64,000 nt of DNA, taken from the NCBI GenBank assembly GCA_036785375.1, contig JAWMAR010000245.1:310001-374000 (forward strand). Reading direction: 5' to 3'. The notes under the pieces are model-generated. The model was not told the DNA's origin and did not search any database. It was given only the letters and a program-made list of their open reading frames with translations. Numbering within the stretch: position 1 is the stretch's first letter; each line of letters starts with the position of its first letter. Of this stretch, positions 12,541-24,437 are shown in pieces. Source of the DNA: Leucoraja ocellata. Lineage: Eukaryota. A program made the translations under genes and the position numbers.

Positions 12541-13660
12541 TATTTGTTGAGAATCATCGAGACCAGCAAGTTCACTGTATGAGAGAAACAAAACCCACTC
12601 GATATCACAATTGTTCCTGCACTAATGTCCCATAGGATAAATATTGTGTTTATTTGGTTTAATGAAGCAAAAGTTATGCTCTTGTGCAGAACAGCATTCT
12701 GGTTGTCTTTAGTGCTATTTGACGAAATTATAAATTACAGTAGGTTTTCAACTAAACATTTAAATGAAAAAGTATTAACTTCACTTTTTGCTGCATGAAG
12801 TGTCAGGTTGAGAGAAACAGTGTCCCATTGTCTACAGTTAATCAGGATGTGAGAATTGTTTATACAGCTGCTGTAAGTGAATGAAACACTAATTATTAGC
12901 TGTTGAGTGGAAAATGCCACCAACTGTTTAAGGGTTTTTGTATGTGATCTGATAATATATAACATTTTGTTGTCTGATTTTTATCCAAAATTCTCTGCCC
13001 CCAATTTCTCAAATAAATAATGTTTTGAGTTAATTTCTATATAACTGTGAGTGAAAAGAAAGGTACACATTTTGTTTGCTGACCTTGTTCCCTCTGGCAC
13101 TGTAGATGTGAATTTGCTCATTGCATTTTGCAGTCCTTAATTGGTATGTTATCATAATGTTGTTTTAGTAAGATTTTATTTTTATGGTTGCTTTAATTTC
13201 TATTTCAGAATGAAGGAGTTCCAGAATGGAATATGTATACTTATTTATCTATTAATGATATATATTTGTCCAACAAAAAACAAATTCCTCCATGACTTAA
13301 TACTAAGTAGTTGCAATGATGAATCGGAAATGTAGGGATTAGTTCTTGCAGACATAGAAATCTATCAGTAAGTCAAGCTCCATATACTGCACCTCACTTC
13401 CCAAACTTAAGGGTCCCCTTTTGTTGGGCTGCATGGGATAACTCTCCTACTCCCCCCCATTCCCCATGGGCTTTGAATCTCAGTCCTGCCTCTGTCTAAA
13501 GCCCCAGGACCTCATTCCTAACTGCCAAATACTTCCAATAGAGTTGAACTTTCAGAGGAGGAGCAAGGACATTTTTAAGTGATGTTCCCAGGGCACCAGC
13601 ACTATTCCTGAAATATTTTAATGACTCGGACTGGGGTGCACAAGGAGCAGAATATCTTGG

Positions 13661-13790
13661 AGAAACAAGGAGCCACAGATGTCGGTTTACCACGGTCAGT
13701 CTGAAGAAGGGTCCTGACCCTAATGTCACCTCTCCATGTTCTCCAGGGATGCTGCCTGACCTGCTGAATTACCCCAGCATTTTGTGTCTT
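13661..13790 (+). mobile_element. PLE-derived insertion with hammerhead motif (GAAA decayed)
   Basis: cagtCTGAAGAagggtcctgaccc-taatgtcacc (13701 onward), followed by the family arm. Confidence 0.7.
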
Positions 13791-14332
13791 TCCTTGACAC
13801 ACATCATGGCTTACGTTCATCGATAGCCTGGTGTAATGGGCGCACAACCAGCTTCTGAATGTTAACGCAGGAAAGCAGATCCATGTGGGAAGAACAAAAA
13901 AAGATACAATAATTAACGGGTTCATTTCCAAAGGGAATGCAGGAGATGAGGAATCTGGAGGCATATGCACAGAAATATGTAAAGGTGATAGGATAGAGAA
14001 CCAGGATAAAGCATTTGGCACAAAATACAGAAGTGGTAATAAACAAACTTATCATGAGTTCTGGCATTTAGTACATCTAGAACTTAATGATTTCACTCAT
14101 TTCTACTCACTGAAATTTGAGAAGGATCGTGAAAACCTGGGAAGGTGAAAGAAAAATTGAGCAGTTATGTCATGGGGAAATTGTTCTCTTTGGATTTTGA
14201 CTTTATTGCCATTTTATTTTTCATGGGAGTGCGCCGTGTATCACTACATGGTCCACGATTGTCTCATTTTAGAGGCATCATTTTCCATTCTCTATTAGAT
14301 TGCGTCTTTATTCTGTACCTCTTCTCTAATTG

Positions 14333-14565
14333 CATATAACATATAACCATATAACAATTACAGCACGGAAGCAGGCCATCTCGGCCCTTCTAGTCCGTGC
14401 CGAAGACTTATTCTCCCCTAGTCCCATCTACCTGCACTCAGACCATAACCCTCCGTTCCTTTCCCGGCCATATAACTATCCAATTTATTTTTAAATGATA
14501 AAATCGAACCTGCCTCCACCACTTCCACTGGAAGCTCATTCCACACAGCTACCACTCTCTGAGTA
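14333..14565 (-). mobile_element. CR1 3' fragment with (TATGGTTA)n-type tail (shorter copy at about 35124-35193)
   Basis: catataaccatataacaattacagcacggaa.caggccatctcggccc is shared by both sites. Confidence 0.75.
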
Positions 14566-15307
14566 ATTCCCTTGATTATAGTTTAGTGACTTTGTTCTAC
14601 ACCATCTTTATAACTTTGACCTCTGATGTAGACGATCCAAATCCAGCCACTATATTCTAATGTCATTTATTTATTTATCCTTTTCTCCAGAGATGCTGCC
14701 TGGCCCGCTGAGTTACTCCAGCATTTAGTGTCATTTATTTATTCTTTGTCTTAAAATCTGTCAACTGGTGTGGCCTCTTGCCACTTAGCAGTTTCTCTTC
14801 TTGTATCTGATTCCCTGCAATTTTTGCTTTTTTCTTTCTTTCTTAGGGTTAGGGGTATGTGTTCACTCATTCTTTCTGAGATGCAAGAACCTCACCGTTT
14901 ATTTGAGGATAATAATCCCTGAATGCTGAACAACGGGAGAACGCTACCATTTACATTCTCCACTCAACACATTCCTTACTTACCATGCTGGTTGTTGTTG
15001 TTCATCCAAGAGTCAAGAGAAAGTCAAAAGTGTTTAATTATCATGTACCGAAAATGGAACAATGGCATTCTTATTTGTAGCAACATAACAAGTCTGTAAA
15101 CGCAATACTCATAGATAACACAATAAACGGAGGAAAATACAATATTTTTTAAAAATCACATCTTCACTAGCACGCTCAGTTTAACCTTGTATTCATCAAT
15201 AAGCTTCCTACAGTAATTCCATAAACATCTTTTGCAAATGCAATTACACAAGGAATCACAACATAAGTTGGCAAATTGAGTGATCTGTTGTTGCAATACT
15301 GTGTTAT

Positions 15308-15635
15308 GGCCCTGTCCCACTGTACGAGTTCATTCAAGTGCTCTCCCGAGTTTAAAAAAAAATCAAACTCGTGGTAAGCACGTAGAATGAACGTAGCGGG
15401 TACGTCGGAGCTCAGGGACGTCTCTTAGCGGCTCGTAACGCTAACAACAGGTACTCGGGTAGACTTGCTAACGGCAGGTAAGCTCGGGAAGACTAGAGAA
15501 GATTTTTCAACATGTTGAAAAATGTCCACAAGAGCCCTGAGTACTTATGAGCGGCCATTACCGTAAATCTCCGAGTTCGAATCAGGGCAAACTCGGGGAG
15601 AACTCTTGAATGAACTCGTACAGTGGAACAGGGCT
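15308..15635. mobile_element. Non-autonomous TIR DNA transposon (MITE), PIF/Harbinger-like
   Basis: Long TIRs GGCCCTGTCCCACTGTACGAGTTCATTCAAG... / ...CTTGAATGAACTCGTACAGTGGAACAGGGCT, TTA/TAA-type flanks, internal 22-bp palindrome at 15502-15523. Confidence 0.8.
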
Positions 15636-16589
15636 TTAAGTATTTAAGAATAGAACCAATTTCATGCGGAATCAGTCTTTCCTTCTATCCCGCTTCTCCG
15701 TACATTGGTTATTAATTACTTTGTGATGTTCAGGTACTTTAGACAAATTTGCAAAGCCATTTTTAATGGTCAGAGACCAAACAAGTATGGGGTGCCTGTT
15801 TTGGATAATTGTTCAGAAATGAAGGTGGCTTTTTAAGACATGGGGTGGCAATCAGAAAAAGAAAAAGGAGACTGTGAAGATGATCAAATCAGAAGTGTAT
15901 AAATGTTTAAAGAATTGAAACGCTATGGGATAGGGTTGAGGATCAGACTGAATGAACAGCTTAATCGGAGAACTGATGGACTGGTGAGGAAAGATATTTT
16001 ATAATTCCTAAAGATAGTTTAGAGTAGATTTCTACCCAATGGCACCCTGGTGTACAGAATCACATCTGCCTCCAGTCAACCGAAAAGAGGGAAAAGTGAA
16101 GAAAGCACGTGAAATTGATTACAATTAAAAGCCTTGTGTTTCTGTATATTTGTTTTATTCTCTGTTATTATTGCCAATGTTGGCAATTATCATTGAAATT
16201 TAGGATGTACAATCTGGGAATGTTTATCTTGCCATCCCAGGTAAATGAATTGAAAGGAAGTTTACTGCATCAAAGGAGAATGTTTACTGATTTTCATACA
16301 GATTAGAACCATATGGGGATGGGGGATACTGATGTGGTGCTGGATGTTTCCTCATTTTGGCACAATAAGGGTGGGGAAAATAGACATATTTTGCTGTTCC
16401 AACATCACCAGACTGAATGAGTTGACAAACCTGTATCGCTAAATGAATGATAATCAATGATTAGCAGTGCAGTTGCTGTTTACAACAGCGACAGATAGAG
16501 AAGTCGTACACACGGTTACTGTACACTCCCACACTTGCCCTTCTTCTGCGGTGCAGGGATTAGCTCCCAGTAATTTGGACATCTAGCAC

Positions 16590-16925
16590 ATTGGCATAGA
16601 TAGGATAGACAGTCAAAATCTTTTTCTCCAGGATGCAAATATCAAATACTGGAGAGCGTAGCTTTAAGGTGAGAGAAGCAAAGTTTAAAGGAGATGTGCT
16701 GGGCAAGTCTTTTTACACAGAGGGTGGTGTGTGTCTGGAACACACTGCCAGTGGTTGGTGGTGGAGGCAGATACCATCCCAGCATTTAAGAGACTTTTAG
16801 ATAGGGACATGGATATGCAGGAAAAGGAGAGATATGGGTTATGTGCAGGCAGATAAGAGTTGATCTCGGCATCATGTTTGACACTGATATTGTGTTCCTT
16901 TGCTACACTCTTCCATTTTCTATGT
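16590..16925 (+). mobile_element. CR1 3' fragment
   Basis: ctttaaggtgagag..gcaaagtttaaaggagatgtgc.gggcaagt.ttttttacacagagggtggtg...gtggtggaggcagatac, the typical CR1 end. Confidence 0.75.
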
Positions 16926-17449
16926 AGTCCTTATAATATGGCTAAGCCATGCAGGGGTCAAAGGGATCACAATATTGCTGGACACACATAATGGAAAAAC
17001 GTATCCAGTCCCTCCTGACATGTCAAAGTGATACTGATCCCTCCCTGTGAGATCATGTTGCTCTGGTCAATGACTAACTGAAAGAGGGACATGTGCTTCA
17101 AAGCAGCTGGTGTCATCATAGTGGGATCATCACCATGGGAAAAGGAATTCAGTCTCGCAAGGCAACTGCTGATATAATCTTCTTCCTAATAAACTTCAAG
17201 AAGAGGCAGAATTTAATGGATGAACACAGAAATTAACATTCAGGATCCATTACATGTTGTTCCAATCTGCATATTCCTGGAGCAGAAGACTTTTCTGCTG
17301 AGAAAATCAGTTCCATGAATGGTCATTGGACTGTCAGTGCGTTCCCCTGTGTTACAGCCAAGCCCTTACAGTGCCTGCACTTACGCAGCTACACTGAGTG
17401 CCGTCCACTACTGGTGGGACAGCCAGGCCAGCAGAGAAGTAATGAAGGC

Positions 17450-17808
17450 TTTTGATTTATATACTGTAGATTGTAAGGTCATGTGCAGTTAATGATGAAT
17501 CTTTCGAACTGTAGTTAGTGTTGCAATATAGAATGGAAGTCCATTTCTGCAGCATCATAGTGACCAGATTTATCTGTACTTGTGATTTCAATTGAAGGAT
17601 AAGTATTAACAACTGACGGACTAGGTCATCGCAAATGCTTTTCTTTCCAACAATGGGTGGTGGTGGTGGCAAAGCTCAGCTCAATGCCTTGTTTGGAAGA
17701 ATGGACTCATTAAATGGATAACCAGCCTGGAATGTTGTGCGCTAGGCTTTGGTGTGGGACTTAAACCCACAATCTTCTGCGTCAGAGATGATAGCACTAT
17801 CGACCGAG
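17450..17808 (-). mobile_element. Decayed Deu-domain SINE
   Basis: Minus strand reads gactcggtcgatagtgct.tc.tctctgacgcagaagattgtgggtttaagtcccac (tRNA-like head), then cttatccttcaa...acagataaatctggtcact (Deu body). Confidence 0.55.
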
Positions 17809-18219
17809 TCTCAAATGCCACAAGGAAGTTTTGATTTCCACTTGCACTTTGTTCCCGGTAGGGACCTTCATTCTGAAACCGCTTTGGATTTATTTTGTTG
17901 CCCTGAGTCATGCTCTCTGTTGACCATTGTCTTCCCCACCCTGTTTCTGGAATGTTGCTGAACAAAGAAATAATACACGACTGATTTTGCAATTAATTCT
18001 GATGCCGTAATCCAAAGAAAAAAGATCAATATGAAATGCCATCAGTTATCCTGCCTTCACCACAGTTGACTCAAGATGAATGTATGGCTGATCTAAGGAT
18101 AGCATTCCAATGTAAAGAATCACTTCCTCTGCATTGCCGTTCTATATTGTGCCTAATCCAGACATTGCCCTTAAAATATAGACATGCTCTGAGCAAAAAC
18201 GGCTGCCCCTAACTATTTA

Positions 18220-18601
18220 AGATAGACACAAAAAAGCTGGAGTAACTCAGCGGGACAGACAGCATCACTGGAGAGAAGGAATTATTATTTTTTCTTCAAA
18301 ATATACTTTATTCCAGAAATAAATAAATACAAAGAATGAGGACACCTCTGATGTTCCAGTATGGAACACCTCATCTTGGGCATAGACAGAGGAATTGGGA
18401 GTAGGGGATAGGGGCTTTGCAGGACGCAGGGTGGGAAGGCGTGTAGTCAAGATAGTTGTAGGTGTCAGTGGGTTTGTAATAGATGTCAGTCAATAGTCTA
18501 TTTCTTGTGATGGAGACTGTGAGATCAAGAAAGGGGAAGGAGGTGTCGGAGATGGTCCAAGTAAATTTGAGTGCAGGATGAAAATTAGTGGTGAAGTTGA
18601 T
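18220..18601 (-). mobile_element. Penelope-like element remnant: RT C-terminal/thumb fragment next to a terminal arm
   Basis: Minus strand from 18601 reads INFTTNFHPALKFTWTISDTSFPFLDLTVSITRNRLLTDIYYKPTDTYNYLDYTPSHPASCKAPIPYSQFL, containing the PLE motifs FLD, Y.KPT and HP..K..IPYSQ. The family arm lies at 18220-18282 in the same orientation. Confidence 0.88.
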
Positions 18602-18944
18602 AATTAATTAACTATCTGTCTTAATTGCTTAGCTGAATTGAAGTGTCAGTGCTGCATGTTGATCACTTTACACACTTGCCGTTCCTTTATGATTTTCTTA
18701 TTTTATTTTTTAAACCAGAAGGAAAGTTCTATGATTTAAACGTCAGTTATAGTATTGCTGAATGTGGGGAGGTACATATTTTACAATTTCTGCAGTCGTC
18801 CGTCATTATAAAATACTGATCTAAAACATAATTTCTGTAGCTAAATAGGTATACTACATGAATCGCAATTTGTGGGGAGCTTCAAATAACCATTGATCTA
18901 ATTCTGACTGAATTTGGTTTTATGAGGCCTTGGATATAGTCATA

Positions 18945-19330
18945 ATGACATACAGCACGGAAAATGCACTTTGGCCCAACTCGTCCATGGTGACCAAGAT
19001 GCCCCTTCTATGCTGGACCCATTTGCCCACATTTTGTCCACATCCCTCTAAACCTTTTTATTCCATGTAGCTGTCCAAGTGTCTTTTAAATACTGTTGTA
19101 CCTGCCTCAATTATCTCTTCTGGCATTTCATTCCATATACCCACCACCCACTGTGTGAAAAAGTTGCCCCTCTGACCTATTCAATCTTTCCCCTCTCACC
19201 CTAAACCTATGTCCTCTGGTTCCTGACTTGCCTACCCTGGGGCAGTCTCTGCATTCATCCTATCAATTCCCATCATTATTTTATACACCTCTATAAGATA
19301 ACCCCTTTGCCTCATGTGCTGCAAGGAATA
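18945..19330 (-). mobile_element. CR1 3' fragment
   Basis: catacagcacggaaa...ggcccaactcgtccatg...ttccatatacccaccaccc.ctgtgtgaaaaagttgcccc...ttttatacacctctataagat. Confidence 0.8.
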
Positions 19331-20049
19331 ATCAGACAATAATCCTATCTAATGATAGTCATTGTCTGATTATTATGGTCCCATATCATGCTATGAAGTA
19401 GTGAAATGTTGAGGAGATATTATTGGCCTTGAGTGTGTAAGGGTATGCAGTTTAACAATAAAGGTCCCCACAGTTATACTCCTTTCCACACTATCTTTGT
19501 ATCTTGCATGTACTTTGTTTCTGTTTTATTTTGCTTAAAGCCATTAACAGCTGCAGTAACCAGAACTGAGCATAAATATTTATTCCAAGGGTTCCTAAGG
19601 CACATTACAAAAATTCTATTTATTAAACTGTTTACTAGTTTGTATCCTTTTAGTACAAATAATTATCCGTTAATCATTGTTGCAACAAAACAGAGGAGAA
19701 GATGAGATCTAGTGATATTTTAATCTGTGGGAGCTAAATGCAAATTGGAAATCTGCAGCTCATTATATTTACAGATATATATTCAATGTTCCTTTACATC
19801 TTGTGTATTAATTCATTACTAATGATGGGGTTTAATCACCTCACCTGAAATGCTCTCACGTTGAAATACCTGTCACCTGACCAGGCTCATTTCCCAATGC
19901 AGGGTCCAATATAATCCCTCCTCTGTTTGTACATCAGAGACCCTGTCAAGGAAACTTGCATTGAAGTAAACTATCTTTCTGCCCACCAGTCTGACCATGT
20001 TCATCAAACTGTCCCTGTCTCACCTTCCTTATAGCCTTGCTCCCCATAA

Positions 20050-20600
20050 CCTCGATCTTGTCATCAGTCTCTGCACATGCTACTACTCACGTTTCCACCC
20101 CACGTTCACTAGTTTAAACCCATCCGGCGAGCAGGAACGAGCCTCTCTGCCAGGACATTAATCCCCCACGCTGTTCGGATACAGCACATCCCTCTTGCAC
20201 AGGTCTCCCCCGCCCAGGAAGAGACCCTAGTGATCCATATACAATCCCACCCTCCTCCATTAGCTCCTTAGCCACGTATTGAACTGCACTATCTTTCTAC
20301 TTCTTGCCTCACTAGCTAGTAGCACTAGCTCATCACAACCATGGAGGGTCAGTTTTTAAACCTGTTACCAAACACCCTAAATACTCCTTACAGGACCCCA
20401 TCTCCCTTCTCCTTATGTCATTGGTAGCAATGTGGACCACAATCTCTGCTTGCTCCCTCTCCCCACTCAGAATATGCCATGTTCCCACAGAGTTATCCTT
20501 GACGCTGGCACCAGGAAGAGAACTCACCATCCTGGAGTCTCATTTCCAGCCACAGAAACTCCTATCTGTACCCCTGATGTAGAGGTTTCTATCAGTATTA
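20050..20600 (-). mobile_element. CR1 ORF1 esterase-domain remnant
   Basis: Minus ORF 20333-20530 (LPGASVKD...ILSGEREQAEIVVHIATNDI) matches the CR1 ORF1 SGNH-esterase motif LPGA.V.D...VVHIGTND. Confidence 0.75.
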
Positions 20601-20840
20601 ACCCCTTGTTGTACGATCATCACAGTTTATTGATTTCCTATCTTGAAAATAGTTGCATTGAATTTCAAATAACTCAGACATGGTTAATGCTGTCCAATCA
20701 TTTCTATTTTACATCCCTGGCCCAGATAAACATGATTAGCCTAGATTGTCACTAAAATTCTGTTCATAGAAATATGCATATATACGTTTTTTTGGTAAAT
20801 ATGTGGGTAAACCTGCTAAGAGATGGAATCATTGATTCAA

Positions 20841-21062
20841 CGGTAGACAAAAATGCTGGAGAAACCCAGCGGGTGAGGCAACATCTATGGAGCGAAGGAA
20901 TAGGTGACGATTCGGGTCGAGACCCTTCTTCAGACTGATGAAGGGTCTCGACCTGAAACGTCACCTATTCCTTGGCTCCATAGATGCTGCCTCACCCGCT
21001 GAGCTTCTCCAGCATTTTTGTCCACCTGCGATTTTTCCAGCATCTGCAGTTCTTTCTAAAAC
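20841..21062. mobile_element. PLE-derived palindrome with two divergent hammerhead cores at its centre
   Basis: Inverted arms centred at about 20934. Flanking repeat gaa(t/c)cattga(t/c)tcaa at 20826-20840 and 21063-21077. Confidence 0.9.
20935..20962 (+). ncRNA. Minimal type I hammerhead ribozyme core (predicted)
   Basis: CTGATGA-a-GGGT(CTCG)ACCT-GAAA-C-GTC: both conserved boxes intact and a GUC cleavage triplet. Activity untested. Confidence 0.6.
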
Positions 21063-23585
21063 GAACCATTGACTCAAAACTGCGAAAGTACAGCAATCGT
21101 CAAACAAAAAGAAAAAAACATTTGAATGGGAAAGACCCAGTAAGGAAGTGAGCGTGGGTTATAGAAATTTGTAACCACCACCAAGGGAATTGTTTCTCTC
21201 ATTATAACCTCTGGCGGAAAGGACTGTAAATTGTTCTGAGAGGCAGTCATTTGTTGTAGATTAGACTGTACAAATATTTTGACACTTTGGCATGGTGGTG
21301 TTACAAATCATGGAGATGTTGGGCAAATCTGCCATCAATTCAAATCCATTCACTTGACAATACAGGTCAATGGGAGCGAGCTGCAGATACAGGAAATGGT
21401 ACTTTTAAGATTACGATTTCTTAATTTTCCAAACAGCATCATGTTATCCACTACCCCAAGTCTTTTACCCAGAACCAGAGGACATAGGTTTAATGTAAAA
21501 GGGGTACAATTTAATGGGAATCTGGCGGGTTATTTTTTCACACAGGTATTTATACTGCGTTATCTGTGTTTAGAATTATGCACTATTGTCCAACAAGAGC
21601 ATAGAAAATGCTGTGTGAAATATATAGAATGAGAGTAATATATGCACAAAATGTAGCAGAAACACTGCCATTTTGCTGTGACTATCTCATTCTTCATAAT
21701 GTATTTCTGTTTACACAAAACAAATTCAATACAGGATAATTTATTCTCCTAAAACATTCTAAATTCTACCCACTCTGTATTTAGTGGAGACAATGGTACA
21801 GCAGATGTCATAGTGGTGCAGGATGGGGATGGGGCTCCAGTGGGGACTTTGCAGAAAGCACACTGTTGGTTAATCATTGATTGCATTCCCATGCTCTGAG
21901 AGAACACTCCAAGTTGGAAGCATTGAATTGTGAAATCACTATGTTTGCTACAGGATAATTATAATAATAATCAGTCTTATCAGCACAGTTTTGTAATGCG
22001 ATAGAAACTGTTTAGTTTTATTACTTTATAATCCAATTGTTGATCACACTGCCCTTGTATTCTAGAAAGAATACCCAAAATCTACTTTCTAATTTTTTGC
22101 AATGTTGAATTCCATTTGTTTAATTATAATTTATCTCTGCAATCTCCTTACAAAATGGAAACACAAATGTTCGGAAACTTGCGTTATTGCGTGTCATGAA
22201 GCATTAATATATTCAATCGATTAGATTCATATCAAATGAAGTTTCACTCAGGGTGCCATGGAAATGGAATGAGTTGCTGGAGGAAGTGGGAGAGGCAGTT
22301 TCAATGATGACATTAAGTGGGGCGAGCTCAGTTAGCCCACTTGTTTGGCATGGGTGAGTTGGGCCAAAGTGCCTGTTTCCATGCCACGATGACATCATGA
22401 CTCTTAAGTATAACTGATCAGGTTACTCATTAACCAATTAAGTTATACATTCTTTTCAAAGTCATAATAAGTGCGAGATTCACTTAAGGGGGAAATATTA
22501 ATCCTTCAATAACTAAAAAGCCAACAGTCCATTGTTTTCAATAATAAACACTTAACATTGAAAATTGAAAGACAACACAGAACAGGTCTTTCAGCCACCA
22601 AGTCAACAACCATCAACCACCTCAAACTGTACATCAATCCCATCAATTTACCAACACGATAGAGGCAAATAGCCTACTAACCCACACATCTTTTGGATGT
22701 GAGCGGAAACAGGAACACCAGGTGGAATCCTGCATGGTCAAAGGGAGAACATGCAAACTCCACGTAGACAGCACCCTTTGGTGGCAATGGAGGGGGCAGG
22801 ATGGGAAGTGGAATGATTGGTGACATAAAAGGAGAAAGTTGCTACACACAATAAACTACAAACTTTAGGTGCAATAATGTATGGGTATGCAGTGTGAGTG
22901 TACAGGAATACACTGCTACAGGTTGCTGGATTAGACATTTGTACCTTTGAGAGCATTTCCATTATAAAAGTGCCATTTCTGAAATGTCACTGTGTCTGAC
23001 ATATTCTTGCATGGCAGCAGAGGGACTTGGAGGAATAGTCACTCTTGTGGCTGAGAGCAACTTCCCATTCCCTTCCACATATCTTAGTATTTGGCACTGT
23101 TGCTGGAAAGTTGGTCAGCTGCCTGCCTTCTTGGCAGCAGTGAATATTTAATGTGTGGCTGTACAGACTAACTTGCACCGAATATAACACTTTGGATGAG
23201 TTTCAAAGTTTTATATATTAATAGATATCAGAGAATGGTCTCTCCATAAAATGCTATAAAAATGACAATTGTAAATCAAATAGCATTTGCTGAAACTGAT
23301 GTCTTCAAGCCATTGTGGGTGTAGGAAATAATGGATATTGTTGGATGGATGCCCTTTGAATTCTCATTTAAACGGAGTACCAAACATTCTTGGCTTCTCA
23401 AGTTCTTGGCTGAAGCATTTATTTTTTTAAGGAACATTTAACATTTGCAAAAGCTGTTGTGGGCAGAATTCTAGCAATATTTTCCTGTCACTGAATATAC
23501 ATGGAGTTCCCTTTGTCACTGCGTCTGAAAGAGTGGACAAAGGTGGAGTGATATCTACAAAGTGTTTACAACACAAGATGACATA

Positions 23586-24096
23586 GTTTTTTAGTTTTGG
23601 AGATACAATGCGGAAACAGACTCTTCTGCCCACCAAGTCCACACTGACCAGCAATCCCCACACACTAACACTATACTACACACAACTAGGGGCGATTTAC
23701 ATTTATATCAAGCTAAGGTACACAAAAATGCTGGAGAAACTCAGCGGGTGCAGCAGCATCTATGGAGCGAAGGAGATAGGCAACCTTGGGTTTCGGCCCA
23801 AAATGCTGCCTATCTCCTTCGCTCCATAGATGCTGCTGCACCCGCTGAGTTTCTCCAGCATTTTTGTGTACCTTCGATTTTCCAGCATCTGCAGTTCCTT
23901 CTTTAACACTTTATATCAAGCGAATTAGCCTAAAAACCTGTACGCCTTTGGGAGGAAACCGGAGCACCCAGAGAAAATCCACGCAGGACACGGGGAGAAC
24001 ATACAAACTCTGCACAGGCACGCACCCGTAGTCAGGATCGAACCCGGGTCTCTGTCGCTGTAAGGCAGCAACTCTACTGCTGCGCCACCATGCCGC
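23586..24096 (-). mobile_element. HE1-like SINE interrupted by a PLE-derived palindrome (23717-23909)
   Basis: SINE A and B boxes at about 24030-24096 on the minus strand. The inner element is flanked by tttatatcaagc(t/g)aa at 23702-23716 and 23910-23924. Confidence 0.88.
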
Positions 24097-24169
24097 GCTC
24101 CAGTCTTCTAACTTTACTTAGTAGCCTGAGGAATGGATAAAATCACTTGTGTCCACTTTTGTTTTGCAG

Positions 24170-24307
24170 CTGAACGCTGAGCTTGAACAGTGTGAGAAAG
24201 AAAGTTCCCAACTTCAGGACTACGCCAACACCATCCTCCAGCAGATTGCCGACCACTGCCCTGACATCCTTGAACTGGTAGTCAATGCCTTGGAAGAATC
24301 TTCGTGA
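24170..24307 (+). CDS. ERC1: ERC/ELKS terminal coding exon (FIP-RBD-like C-terminus) with stop codon
   Basis: Acceptor ttttgttttgcAG (24168-24169). Phase 0 continues the previous exon: LNAELEQCEKESSQLQDYANTILQQIADHCPDILELVVNALEESS*, matching the ERC1 C-terminus LQEFANAILQQIADHCPDILEQVVNALEESS. Confidence 0.9.
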   Translation: MNAELEQCEKESSQLQDYANTILQQIADHCPDILELVVNALEESS

Positions 24308-24431
24308 GTCCCCGTGATTGGACATCAGTGCTGAGCTAAGAAAGAAAAATGTTGCTGTCGATTTTTTTAGAATTTGTATTTGTTTCTTTAAAATTTCTTA
24401 CGGTCACGTGACATGGATCACACTTACTGCA

Positions 24432-24437
24432 AATAAA
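24432..24437 (+). terminator. Candidate proximal polyadenylation signal of the ERC gene
   Basis: AATAAA 125 nt after the stop codon. Hexamer only, no transcript evidence. Confidence 0.3.
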
